Origin: an uncultured delta proteobacterium
GTDB lineage: Bacteria; Desulfobacterota; Binatia; UBA9968
NCBI GenBank assembly: GCA_963755715.1
Contig: CAVWLW010000050.1
Location: 96,001-160,000, forward strand
Reading direction: 5' to 3'
DNA length: 64,000 nucleotides
In this document: positions 30,004 to 40,360 of the stretch, in pieces
How the letters are laid out: each line of letters begins with the position of its first letter
How positions within the stretch are numbered: position 1 is the first letter of the stretch
Program-made: the position numbers and the translations under genes
Notes under the pieces: model-generated
Databases searched by the model: none
What the model saw: only the letters and a program-made list of their open reading frames with translations
Told to the model about the DNA's origin: nothing

Positions 30004-30307
30004 GGTTAGCAGCGATTCTAGTGACGGCGTGATAGTGACGCAAGACAGAACGCCGTCAGGTTTCGAGAATTCTCGAAATGTCGAAAGGTTTAACGATAAC
30101 TGCCCCGGCGAAGGAGGTTCTAATCTCGTCGTGATTGCCGAGGAACGAAACGAAAAGCTCGGCGCCTCGGTCTCTTGGACGCTAAAGACCAGGAAGAGGA
30201 AAACTCCCACGCTTCGGAAATTCTCGAACCGCCAAACGGCGAGCTACGTCAGATCCGTGGCTCTGCTACCTTGACCCATTTTTACGTAACCGATATTCTT
30301 CGATTTT

Positions 30308-30781
30308 ATGAAACAAACTATCCGAGTCACTATTAACGGCCGGCTTTATGAAGAAGACGTCGAGCCGCGTGTTTTGCTCGCGCATTTTTTGCGCGAGAAT
30401 ATCGGTCTTACCGGCACTCACATCGGCTGCGTGATCGGCGAGTGCGGCGCGTGCTCTGTGCTGCTCGACGGCAAAGTGGTGAAATCCTGTCTCCATTTTG
30501 CCGTGCAAGCGGACGGACGCGAAGTGACGACGATCGAAGGCTTGGCCAAAAACGGCGAGCTCAATCCGGTGCAGGAAGCGTTCGTAAAAAATTACGCCTT
30601 TCAATGCGGTTACTGCACGCCGGGCATGGTCATGACGAGTTACGCGCTCCTCCAGACAAATTCCGATCCGAGCGACGCTGAGATTCGCAAAGCGTTGGCG
30701 GGCAATCTCTGCATGTGCACGGGTTACGTGCAGATCGTCGACGCCGTAAAAGACGCGGCAAAGGGAATGAAAAATGGCTAA
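30308..30781 (+). CDS. Molybdenum hydroxylase [2Fe-2S] subunit (CoxS-like)
   Basis: GCVIGECGAC, QCGYCTPG, GNLCMCTGY. Confidence 0.93.
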   Translation: MKQTIRVTINGRLYEEDVEPRVLLAHFLRENIGLTGTHIGCVIGECGACSVLLDGKVVKSCLHFAVQADGREVTTIEGLAKNGELNPVQEAFVKNYAFQCGYCTPGMVMTSYALLQTNSDPSDAEIRKALAGNLCMCTGYVQIVDAVKDAAKGMKNG

Positions 30782-33201
30782 GTTCATCGGCGCTCGCAGC
30801 CGCAGCAAAGAAGGCCCGCGCCACGTTACCGGCCGGGGACTTTTTACTGACGACTTCATATTGCCGGGCATGCTGCAGGCGATGATCCTGCGGAGCCCGC
30901 ACGCGCACGCCAAAATCTTATCCGTGGATCCGTCGGATGCGCTGAAAAATCCCAACGTCATGGCGGTAATCACGCCGGACGACGTCAAGCAACTCACGAA
31001 ACCGTTTAAGCCGGGACGATACGCCGCCGGCTTGAAGCGGCCCATCGATGAATACGCCGGCGCAGTGGAGAAAGTCCGCTACGTCGGTGAGCCCATCGGC
31101 GCCGTGGCGGCGCGCGATCGCGGCACGGCGGAAGACGCCCTCGAATTGATCCAAGTCGAATACGACCCTCTGCGCGCGGTAGTCGACGTGCGCGAGGCGA
31201 TCAAGCCATCGTCGGCCACGCTGTTCGATGAATTGGGCACCAACCTGGCCTGGACGGGGTCGCTGCAGTACGGCGACATCGACGCCGCGTTCAAATCCGC
31301 CGATCGCGTCGTCAAGGAAAATCTCAAAATCCACCGCTACAGCTCGACGCCGCTCGAACCGTTCGTCGTGATTGCGTCCTATGACGCCGCGAGCAAGCGC
31401 TTGACCGTTTGGGTGACGGCGCAGGTTCCGGAAGTGATTTACGACGGCGTGCGCGAAGCGCTCGGCTTGCAGGATGTCCGCGTAATCATACCCGACGTCG
31501 GCGGCGGCTTCGGCCAGAAGATTCATTTGATTCGCAAGTACGTCGTGTTGGTTTCACTCTTGGCGATGAAAAGCGGCCGGCCGGTCAAATGGATCGAAGA
31601 CCGCAGCGAGCACATGATGGCCGGCGGCCACGCCTGCGCCCAGGAATTCGAAGCCGAGGCGGCGGTCAAAAACGACGGCACCGTGCTCGGGCTGCGCTTC
31701 AATGAATACGACGACGTCGGCGGCTCGATCAGCACCTTGACGATCCATTTCACCAACAAGCTGAATAACCTTTCCAACACTTACCGCACGCCGGCGATTC
31801 ACATGATCGGCAATGCAGTGGTCACGAACAAGTGCCCGGTGATTCCGAACCGCGGCATCGGCAAACCCGGCATGTGCTACATCTGGGAGCGCATGATGGA
31901 TCGGGTCGCGCAGGAATTGAACCTGAGCCCGATCGAAGTGCGGCGCAAAAATTTGATTCAACCGAACGAGATGCCCTATCGCACCATCAGCGGCAACGTG
32001 TACGACAGCGGCGATTATCCCGGTTTGCTGTCGACGCTGCTGGAAAAAATCGACTACGACAAATTGCGCGAGGAGCAAAAGCAGGCGCGCGCCAAGGGCA
32101 GACTCATGGGCATCGGCATCGTCATCGGCGTCGAGCCCGGCGGGCGCAACGCGGCGCGCGACATGGCGATCTTCCCGGAGATGAAAGAGCCGCCCGGCTC
32201 CGGCGGCGTCAACGGCGCCAAGATCAAATTGGAGAAGAATGGCACCCTGTCGCTGCACCTCGGATCGCCCAACTGCGGCCAAGCGCACGAGACCACCACC
32301 GCGCAAGTCGCCGCGGAGATTCTCGGCTCGACACCGGACAAGGTCAGCACCAGCATTCCCTTCGATAGCGACTTGTCGGCATGGGGCGTCGCCGCGGCGA
32401 ACAGCGGCAACAACTTTCATCTCTACGACATTGGCGCGATCCACGGTGCCGCCACCCGGCTGCGCGAAAAGATTCTCAAGCTCGCGGCGTTCAATCTCAA
32501 AGTGGCGCCGTCCGAGTTGACCATCGAAGACAGCGTCGTAAAGATCCCCGGGATAGCCGCGAAACAGATCACCTTCGCGGAACTTGGCCGCATCGCCTAC
32601 AACAATCAACATCTCATCCCCGACGATATGGAAGCGGGACTGGAGGCGACGTTCTACTACATGTTTCCTCACGCCAAACCGAATATCGTGCCCGGCGCCG
32701 ATCGCATGGTGCGCGCGCAGTTTACATTTTCGGCCGGGCGCCCACGCCGCCATCGTCGAAGTGGATAAGAACACCGGCGCGGTCCACGTGATTCGCTACC
32801 TCATCGTCGGCGACAACGGCGTCGTGATCAATCCCGATGTGGTCAACGGCCAGGTTTACGGTTCCGCCGCCCACGGCATCGCCGTCGCGCTCGGCGAAGG
32901 CTTCATGTATAGCCCTGAGGGACAGCCGTTGACGATCACCTATCTCGATTACGGCAAATGCTCGACGGCGGAGACGCCGCGGGTCGAAGTGATTCATCGC
33001 CCGTCACCGTCGCCTTATACGTCGCTCGGACAAAAAGCGGCGGGCGAAGGCGCGGCGATCCCCTCGCCCGCCGCCATCGCCAGCGCCGTCGAAGACGCGC
33101 TGCAACCTTTCGGCGTCAAAGTATGCGATCTGCCGCTCACGCCCGAAGCGGTTTGGCGCCTCGCCAATCACAACCCCGAAAGCGAGCGGAGGACTTTTTA
33201 A
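30774..33201 (+). CDS. Xanthine-dehydrogenase-family molybdopterin subunit (CoxL-like; frameshift near 32735)
   Basis: RSPHAHA, VGGGFGQK, GQAHETT, NPDVVNGQ, KAAGEG; active-site loop PNRGIG. Confidence 0.9.
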
Positions 33202-33203
33202 GC

Positions 33204-34061
33204 ATGATCCCGGGTGCTTTCGAATATTACGCGCCGCGCTCGCTCAGCGACGCGGTCAAATTTTTGTCCGAGCACAAAGACGACGTGAAGATTCTTTCCG
33301 GCGGCCAAAGCCTGCTGCCGCTGATGAAAATGCGCCTGTCCAAGCCCGGCTTTATAGTCGACATCGGGCGCATCCCGGGTCTCGACACGATTAGCGAAGA
33401 AGGCGGCAACTTGATCGTCGGCGGACTCGTGACCCACGCGCACATAGAATATTCCGACCTGCTCAAAACTAAATGTCCCCTGCTGCCGCAAACCGCAACG
33501 ACCATCGCCGACGTCCAGGTGCGCAACCGCGGCACCCTCGGCGGCAGCATCGCCCACGCCGACCCGGCCGGCGATTGGCCGGCAACCGTCATCGCGCTCG
33601 ACGCGGAAATCAAGATCGCCGGGCCGAACGGCGAGCGCTGGGTCAAATGTGATGAGTTCTTTCTCGGCTTGCTGATGAGCGTGCTCGAGCCTGACGAAAT
33701 CGTCACCGCGATCAAAGTTCCAGTGACCGGCGCTGACAAAACCGCCTACTTAAAGGCGGCGCCGCGTTCTTCCGGCTTCGCCGTCGTCGGTGTCGCCGTG
33801 CGCCTGACACTGGATGCGGCGGGAACTTGCAGCCGGGCCGCTGTCGGCATCACCGGCGTCACCGACAAGGCTTACCGACCGGATCGTCTCGAGCAAATGC
33901 TTACGGGGAAAAAATTGGATGCAGTGCTGATTCAGCAAGCGGCGGCCGAGGCCTGCCGCAACATCGAAGCGATCGAAGACATCAACGGCTCCGCCGAATA
34001 CCGCAAACAACTGACCGAGGTGTATGTCACCCGGGCAATCGAAGCCGCGCTGAAAGGATAA
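33204..34061 (+). CDS. Molybdenum hydroxylase FAD subunit (CoxM-like)
   Basis: MIPGAFEYYAP, SGGQSL, QVRNRGTLGGS, ADPAGD. Confidence 0.92.
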   Translation: MIPGAFEYYAPRSLSDAVKFLSEHKDDVKILSGGQSLLPLMKMRLSKPGFIVDIGRIPGLDTISEEGGNLIVGGLVTHAHIEYSDLLKTKCPLLPQTATTIADVQVRNRGTLGGSIAHADPAGDWPATVIALDAEIKIAGPNGERWVKCDEFFLGLLMSVLEPDEIVTAIKVPVTGADKTAYLKAAPRSSGFAVVGVAVRLTLDAAGTCSRAAVGITGVTDKAYRPDRLEQMLTGKKLDAVLIQQAAAEACRNIEAIEDINGSAEYRKQLTEVYVTRAIEAALKG

Positions 34062-34087
34062 TCTTTTCGCTCACCGGCGAGAATCGC

Positions 34088-34109
34088 AGGGCACGGCATG
34101 CCGTGCCCT
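34088..34109. repeat. Perfect palindrome AGGGCACGGCATGCCGTGCCCT (REP-like or terminator)
   Basis: 22-bp palindrome followed by a T run, just after the cox-like operon. Confidence 0.6.
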
Positions 34110-34293
34110 TTTTCATTTCCGACGGATAAACCGCAATCGGATACTCGTTGCCGTAGTAACGATCATCCGAGAATTCTGCCGCTCGCGCGCTCCCGTCGTG
34201 TGCCCGATCCAGCCAGCTTTGGTCTTCCAAGTGGCGGAGTGAGAATCCAATCGTCATCAGCAACGTCAGCGATTTTCCGTTCTCTCCCGGCAA

Positions 34294-34333
34294 AAACGGC
34301 GAAGCCTCCAACTAAGTGGAGGCTTCGCCGTTT
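34294..34333. terminator. Probable bidirectional intrinsic terminator
   Basis: AAACGGCGAAGCCTCCA-loop-TGGAGGCTTCGCCGTTT between convergent genes. Confidence 0.75.
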
Positions 34334-34357
34334 AATTTTATTTTGTTAGGTCCGGCT

Positions 34358-35453
34358 TTAGATTTCCTTCGATTTGATCGAATAGGTGAAACTTTTCGAA
34401 TCGAGGCTGTCCTTGCGGCCGTTTGCGGTTTCAGCCTGAGGATACATGAGATAGGCAATCTCCGCCCCGCGCGATTGCGGCAGCTTTACATCGTGGGAAT
34501 AGTTGTAGGGCAGCCAATTCATTTCCCATGCGCCGAAAAGTTTGGCGCGGGCTTTTTTGACTTTTGGGTCGTCGATGGGCAGTGGCTCGCCCGGCAGATT
34601 TTCTTCGAGCACGACCTTGCGCACATCGGCCGGATCGACCGGCACCCAGCCGTAGCCATTTAGAAAAACTTCGGCGCGACAGTGCTGCGCTCCGGTAATA
34701 TCATCGGCTCTGCCGAGACTCTTGAACTCCGCCGAGTTCGCCACCCGGATGCCGTAAAGATCGCGCGCCGGCAAGTCCGGCCGCGCGCGCCAAGCCGACG
34801 TAGAGCGCGTTCAGGTCGGCGCATTTGCCGCCGAGATAGCCGCTCTCGAGCATGGTCGTGATATCGCCGATGCCGCAACCTTTGACCTTCGGATCGCGGA
34901 AAGTGTTGTCGACGATCCATTCGTAAATCGCGCGTGCTTTGTCGACATCGTTTTTATAGCCCATGACGATGCCTTTGGATGTCGTCGCGACGATGCCGTC
35001 GGTCCTGATGTACTTGGAGGGCTTGCGAAAATAATCGAGCACGGCTTTGTTCTCTTTGATCGCAGGATTGGGTTTCTGGCTCAGATCGACCCAGCGATCT
35101 TGCGTCATGAAGCGGCTTTTGACTTCCACCGTTGGCGACTTTTCACCCGCAGGCCATTCCGCAAAGACTAATCCGGTGCCAACCTTGTCGGTCTGCTCTG
35201 CACGGACGTTTTTATAGTTGCCGCTCCAGCTATCGGGTTCCCGTTTGAAATAGTCCGTGTTGGTCATGAGCGGCACCGGCACCCAGGCGCGCACGGCGCC
35301 GACCGGATCCGCTATGTCGATCCGAGTCGTGACCTCGAAAGTGCGCCACTTGGCGTCATTGGCGTTGGCGAACGGCGCAAACTTCGGCAGGCCACCGAGC
35401 GCCAGCCCGGCGGAAACGGTCAGTCCTTGTTTAAGAAAATCGCGACGATTCAT
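34358..35453 (-). CDS. Tat-exported transglutaminase-like protein (frameshift near 34775)
   Basis: MNRRDFLK Tat motif; GGKCADLNAL, QHCRAEVF..GWVPVDPAD (Cys-His-Asp). Confidence 0.88.
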
Positions 35454-35669
35454 AGGGTCCCCCTCTACATCACATAGGCTTTAACGATGGAGGAAAATAT
35501 AACTGTTGAGCCATTATTGTCAATTGCTGGCAACGATAATGAATTACGCCAGCAGCCTGGCGCGCCGGTCGAGCCGCCGATAGAAGCGTTCGGGACGCCA
35601 AGAAGGCTGGAAAGCTCTTTACAAACTGGCTGCGACCCGCCGTGATCGAGAGCCGCCTGTGAACTTTGC

Positions 35670-36134
35670 TCAAAGACTTTTCAAAAAAGCCAAAACTTCT
35701 TCGGGATGGGCTTCGGCTTTCCTGACGGTCGGCCAATGTTTGACCACATCGCCTTTTGGGCCGATCACCACGGTGGAGCGGATGGTTCCCTGCACCTCTT
35801 TGCCGTACATCATCTTCTTGCCGTAGGCGCCGTACTTTTTCATCACCTCGAGGTTCGGATCCGACAGCAAGACGAACGGCAGTTTGTATTTCGCCGTAAA
35901 CTTCTTGTGCGATTCGGCGCCGTCTTTGCTCACGCCCAACACCACCGCGCCGGTTTTTTTGATGTTGGCGTTGAGATCGCGAAAGCCGCAGGCCTCTTTA
36001 GTGCAGCCGGGCGTGTCATCCTTGGGATAAAAGTAGAGCACGACCGTTTTGTTTTTGTAGTCCTCCAGCCCATGCGCTTTGCCGTCGCTGCCTTCCAAGC
36101 TGAAGGCCGGCGCTTTTTTTCCTTCGAGATTCAT
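35670..36134 (-). CDS. bcp: Bcp/PrxQ peroxiredoxin, Cys form
   Basis: [20 protein letters not shown]. Confidence 0.95.
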   Translation of the reverse strand: MNLEGKKAPAFSLEGSDGKAHGLEDYKNKTVVLYFYPKDDTPGCTKEACGFRDLNANIKKTGAVVLGVSKDGAESHKKFTAKYKLPFVLLSDPNLEVMKKYGAYGKKMMYGKEVQGTIRSTVVIGPKGDVVKHWPTVRKAEAHPEEVLAFLKSL

Positions 36135-36188
36135 GTTTTCACCTAGCTCCTTATAAAAAGTTTTCTTCTCTGCCTAGTCAGGATTCGT

Positions 36189-36987
36189 TCACAATGCGAC
36201 GCGCTCGGCCGTCTTTGCCATGCGTCGAATCGGATCGTAATCACTGTCGAGGGACTCGGTAAAGCGCTCGATGCGTCCGCGCGCGAGGATCGCAAGCGCC
36301 ACGCGGGCTTTGCCGCATGCCGAGCAGCAAAGCGCGCAAGTCACGCCGCAAGGTCTCAGACACGCTCTGGGAAATCACCCACGGCGGAATCGGACTCGGA
36401 CCGAGAGTGTCGATCACCCTAATCCGTTCGGCAATTTTGTCGCTCTCGGCGAGAAGCCATTCCAATACCGTGCTGTCGATGGCCGCGCCATCCACGGCGC
36501 CGCGCAAAAGCATTTCGAACGACGCGGTATGTGCCCCGCTCTCGAATGCTTCGCCGAAAAAACCTTCGTTTTGACCGAACTCGGCGAGATAGGCGCGCAC
36601 GACGTTGTAGCCCGAATGCGACCGTGGTTCGTTATAGGCCCAAGCTGCGCCGCGGAGGTCGAATAGAGATCGATAAGGACTATCGCGCCGCACTACCACG
36701 TCGGAAAAATAAACCGGCCTGCCGAGATAACGCGCGCCGGTAGGAATCGGCGCGGCGAGAAGCTCGATCATCGGGTCCGATCGATCGGCTTTTTGAACGT
36801 AGGGCAACCCGCAAAGCCACAAGATTTGGATCTCACCCGCGTCAAATAGCCTTTCCCGTTCTTGCCAGGGAATACCGCTCACATATTCGATTGAGATACC
36901 GAGCGCATCGCCTAAATAGGCCGTGACGGCGCCGCAGAAACTTTCCGTGTTCTCGGCCATGCACGACGCGAGCTTCAAACTCGGCAT
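36189..36987 (-). CDS. PhnD/SsuA-like substrate-binding protein (frameshift near the C-terminus)
   Basis: WLCGLPY, YFSDVVVR, AYNEPRSHSGY, SGAH, DGAAIDS; restored end DYDPIRRMAKTAERVAL. Confidence 0.8.
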
Positions 36988-36999
36988 GAAAGCTCAGGG

Positions 37000-37281
37000 T
37001 TATTCGCCGACTTTGACGCCGCGCCAAAAAGCGACGTAGCTCTTGATCGAATTGGCGGCTTCCTTGGGCTCGGGATAGTACCAGGCGGCGTCTTGATTCG
37101 TCTGCTCACCGACTTGAACGTGGTAATAACTTGCCAGCCCTTTCCACGGGCAGGTCGAGTGGGTATCGCTCGCTCGGAAGAATTCTTTTTTGATCGAGTC
37201 GGGGGGAAAATAATGATTGCCCTCGACGACGATGGTGCGATCGGATTCCGCCAGAACCGTATCTTGCCACGTGGCTTTCAT
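37000..37281 (-). CDS. DUF427 protein
   Basis: MKATW..VLAES..VEGNHYFPP, CPWKGLASYY, AAWYYPEP. Confidence 0.92.
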   Translation of the reverse strand: MKATWQDTVLAESDRTIVVEGNHYFPPDSIKKEFFRASDTHSTCPWKGLASYYHVQVGEQTNQDAAWYYPEPKEAANSIKSYVAFWRGVKVGE

Positions 37282-37309
37282 GCGCATGTCCTCCATCGAT
37301 CTTGCTTGG

Positions 37310-38662
37310 TTATTTCTCGACGCAGCGAAACTTGGCAAACACATAAGGATAATGGGCTTGATACCAGTTGCGGAAACTGGGTCGGACCAGATCGGCATCG
37401 GTGGCCCAAGACCCGCCTTTCAGCACGAAGTGCTTGCCGTCGAAAAAATCCGCGGAGTATTCCTGATAATGGGTCATATACGGAGTAAAACCCGGAAAGG
37501 CGTGAAATTCGCTCTGGGTCCACTCCCAGCCGTTGCCGATCAGCTCGCGCACGCCCCAGAAATTCGCGCTCTCGGAATAAAAACCCACCGGTACCGGCGA
37601 CCAGTTTCGAAACCCGATGTTTCGGTTCGTGATCCTCGGGAAATAATCTCGGCCGGTCGAACCGTCCTTTGCCGGATTGGCGTAAGCGGCACGCTGAAAC
37701 TCGGCCTCGGTTGGAAGCCGCGCGCCGCGCCAATTGGCAAACGCCCTGGCTTCGGCCAAGCTGACGTAAACCGGCCATGAGCCCACTTGCTTGAGAGGCA
37801 AGAGATCAAAGACGGTGCGGTAAAACCATTCGCCGTCTTGCTTCAGCCAAAAATGGGGATGACGGATTCCGCCGTCGCGGCGCCAGATCCAATCAGCCGG
37901 CTCCCAGAAGCGCGCTTGGTCGTAGCCGCCGGCCAGCACGAACTCGAAAAACTCCTGATTCGTCACCGGTACGGAATCGATGGCAAATTCCGCGACATCT
38001 ATCGACACGGCGGGAAACTCGTTGTCCCAACCGAAAGCCAACTCGTCGAAGCTGGCTCCCAGTTGAGCGCGGCCGCCCGGCACGGTAATTTTTTTGCGCG
38101 CTGCGGCCTCGTTAAAATAATAACCGCGGAACTCTCGGGATCGAGTCTTCAGCTCTTCGGCCAGCGCATGAATCATGTAGAGCAAGGTTTCTTGATGCAT
38201 GTATTCGTGCTCGAGCACCATGGTGAAGACACGGCCGTTCTCCGCCATCACGTCTGCCGACCCGCTCGCGTAAACGGCGTCGAAAGAATTCAAAACTGCC
38301 GAGCGCACTTGATCGCGATATCTCAAAACCGCGTCGAGGCTCGGCCAATTCTCAGGCACCTCGGGATGGGCGTGGCAGGAACCGGAGTCGACGTCCGGAT
38401 CGATGCCCCGGCTAAAAATTTCATCGAAGCGGGGGTTCGGAGAGGTCCATTTCAATACCCCGGCGCATATTTGGTTCCAGGCGAATGCCGGCAGATGGCC
38501 GACATAAAAAATGAACGGGTGACGAAAAGCGATCGGCTTCGACAACATCGCCTGCCGTTTGACGATACCGAAGAGCTGATCGGACCGCGCCCACGCCGCC
38601 TGGAGTTTTTCCGAGAGACCAGAAACTTCGCTGAGAGGCTTGTAATTTTCCGCGAATGCCAT
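37310..38662 (-). CDS. OvoA/EgtB-family non-heme iron sulfoxide/selenoxide synthase-like protein (DinB + FGE-sulfatase domains)
   Basis: RHPFIFYVGH, EHEYMHQE, FGWDNE, RLPTEAEF, GNGWEWT, LKGGSW, FRNWYQ. Confidence 0.85.
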   Translation of the reverse strand: MAFAENYKPLSEVSGLSEKLQAAWARSDQLFGIVKRQAMLSKPIAFRHPFIFYVGHLPAFAWNQICAGVLKWTSPNPRFDEIFSRGIDPDVDSGSCHAHPEVPENWPSLDAVLRYRDQVRSAVLNSFDAVYASGSADVMAENGRVFTMVLEHEYMHQETLLYMIHALAEELKTRSREFRGYYFNEAAARKKITVPGGRAQLGASFDELAFGWDNEFPAVSIDVAEFAIDSVPVTNQEFFEFVLAGGYDQARFWEPADWIWRRDGGIRHPHFWLKQDGEWFYRTVFDLLPLKQVGSWPVYVSLAEARAFANWRGARLPTEAEFQRAAYANPAKDGSTGRDYFPRITNRNIGFRNWSPVPVGFYSESANFWGVRELIGNGWEWTQSEFHAFPGFTPYMTHYQEYSADFFDGKHFVLKGGSWATDADLVRPSFRNWYQAHYPYVFAKFRCVEK

Positions 38663-38686
38663 AATTTTCGCTCCATCGGGTAATTT

Positions 38687-38713
38687 ACTATATCCTAAAT
38701 AGAAAATTCCTAT
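38687..38713 (-). promoter_or_regulatory. Putative LysR box and -10 element upstream of the OvoA/EgtB-like gene
   Basis: ATAG-N7-CTAT (T-N11-A) at 38699-38713; TATAGT on the minus strand at 38687-38692. Confidence 0.5.
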
Positions 38714-38753
38714 GGAACAAGGTGGGGCGGATTATTTATTGAGATTTACAGAA

Positions 38754-39665
38754 CTACGGCAGTTGCAGGAATTGGCGAAACGCTTGGGCCGCGGGGGATA
38801 ACGGCCGCTGGCGATAGAGGACCTCGTAGAAGTCCCGCTCCATTTTGAACCCCTCGATCGGCATCTCGATCAAAACGCCTTCGGCGAGCTCACGGCTGAT
38901 GGAGGTGCGGGAAAGAATCGAGACGCCGAATCCACCCAAGAGCGCTTGTTTGACCGCCTCGGTGCTGCCGAGCTGCATGGCGACATTGAGCACCTTATCG
39001 GCGGCTTCTCCCCTGCCGGCAAGCAACTCCCGAAACGAGTCCAGAGTGCCGGAGCCCGTCTCGCGGGAAATAAACCTTTCGGACTGAAGCGCACTTAACT
39101 CGATGGTTCGGCGCGCCGCCCAATGATGATTTTTCGGGATCGCGAGAACCATCTCGTCCTTCCAAATTGTTTCAAATGCCAGGCGGGCGTCGACAGCTTT
39201 GAAGCCGACATACCCGACCTCCACCTTGCCATCGACCACATCTTCGATCACTCCGGCCGAGTCGCCGATCCGCAGGATCGGTCTTACTGCCGGATATTTT
39301 TGGATGAACGCGCCGAGCTTTTGCGGCAACAAGTACTCGCCGGGAATATTGCTGCCACCGATCCAGAGTTCGCCGCTGAGCGTGCCGTGAAATTGTTCCA
39401 CGGCGGACAATGTCTCTCGCTTAAACGCAAGAAGACTGCTCGCTTTGATCGCGATCATCTCGCCCAGCGGAGTCAAACTAACCTTACCCGGAGTTCGGTA
39501 AAATAGTTTTCCGCCGATGCCTTTTTCCAGATCTTGAATATGCGCGCTGACGGTCGGTTGGCGCAACGACAGCCGCTGCGCCGCTTCGGAAAAACTGCCG
39601 AGCTCGGCGACCCAGTAGAAGACCTCGAGTTTGTGGAGATCGAGGTCTTTCTGTGGCCGAGCCAT
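38754..39665 (-). CDS. LysR regulator (CysL-like, similar to selenium-metabolism-associated LysRs)
   Basis: GSFSEAAQRLSLRQPTVSAHI HTH; GGSNIPGEYLLP, RETGSGT, GSTEAVKQ. Confidence 0.9.
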   Translation of the reverse strand: MARPQKDLDLHKLEVFYWVAELGSFSEAAQRLSLRQPTVSAHIQDLEKGIGGKLFYRTPGKVSLTPLGEMIAIKASSLLAFKRETLSAVEQFHGTLSGELWIGGSNIPGEYLLPQKLGAFIQKYPAVRPILRIGDSAGVIEDVVDGKVEVGYVGFKAVDARLAFETIWKDEMVLAIPKNHHWAARRTIELSALQSERFISRETGSGTLDSFRELLAGRGEAADKVLNVAMQLGSTEAVKQALLGGFGVSILSRTSISRELAEGVLIEMPIEGFKMERDFYEVLYRQRPLSPAAQAFRQFLQLP

Positions 39666-39760
39666 TTATTTCCTTGAAAGCGAAGCCAGGCTGGGATTCC
39701 TCTCAGCCTGGCCTCCGACAAAAGCAGATCCGGCGCTGCGCCGGTAACTGGGTGGACGAT

Positions 39761-40228
39761 TTACTTCTTTAAAAATTCTAATACTTCAGCCGGGTGCGCT
39801 TCCGCGTTCCCCACTGGAATCCAGTGTTTCTTCACAGTGCCGTCGGGTCCGATCAGCGCCGTCGAGCGAATCGGTCCCTCGACCGTCTCGCCCTGGGCAT
39901 TTTGCCTCGGCCCCCAGGCGCCGTAAGCTTTCATAACCTCCACCTGCGGGTCAGAGAGCAAGGTGAACGGCAAGTTGAACTTGGCGACGAATTGATTGTG
40001 TGATTCGATACTGTCTCGGCTGACACCTAAGACCACGGCATTGGCTTGCGCTACCGGTTGACTAGCGTCGCGGAACCCGCACGCTTCTTTGGTTCAACCG
40101 GGTGTATCGTCCTTCGGGTAAAACCAGAGAATGACGTTTTTTCCGGCGTAATCGGCGAGCGAGTGCTTCTTACCATCGCTGCCCGGCAGCGTAAACGCCG
40201 GCGCCTTTTGTCCTTCTAAATTTGCCAT
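39761..40228 (-). CDS. bcp: Selenocysteine-containing Bcp/PrxQ peroxiredoxin (155 aa, Sec45)
   Basis: [34 protein letters not shown]; TGA at 40094-40096 aligns with the peroxidatic Cys of the paralog; AGGAGG RBS. Confidence 0.88.
40064..40085 (-). promoter_or_regulatory. Putative bacterial SECIS hairpin
   Basis: mRNA UGA-ACCAAAGA-AGCGU-GCGG-GUU-CCGC-G-ACGCU, directly after the UGA. Confidence 0.7.
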
Positions 40229-40360
40229 GCAAACCTCCTGTAGAGTTTGGATTGTAGCTCTTGTTTATCACACCGCTAAACCTTTGTTCAAACTTGAAAG
40301 CAAAAGTTCGCGCCCTTTCGCGTTGTCAACGGCGCAGCCAGACGGTATATTTTCGGAGAG

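Noticed and set aside
2417-30231. Classical integron with attC cassettes
   Set aside because: No IntI is present, and the repeats lack the RYYYAAC...GTTRRRY attC organisation.
30308-34061. Aerobic CO dehydrogenase
   Set aside because: No AYxCSFR motif, and no coxDEFG accessory genes adjacent.
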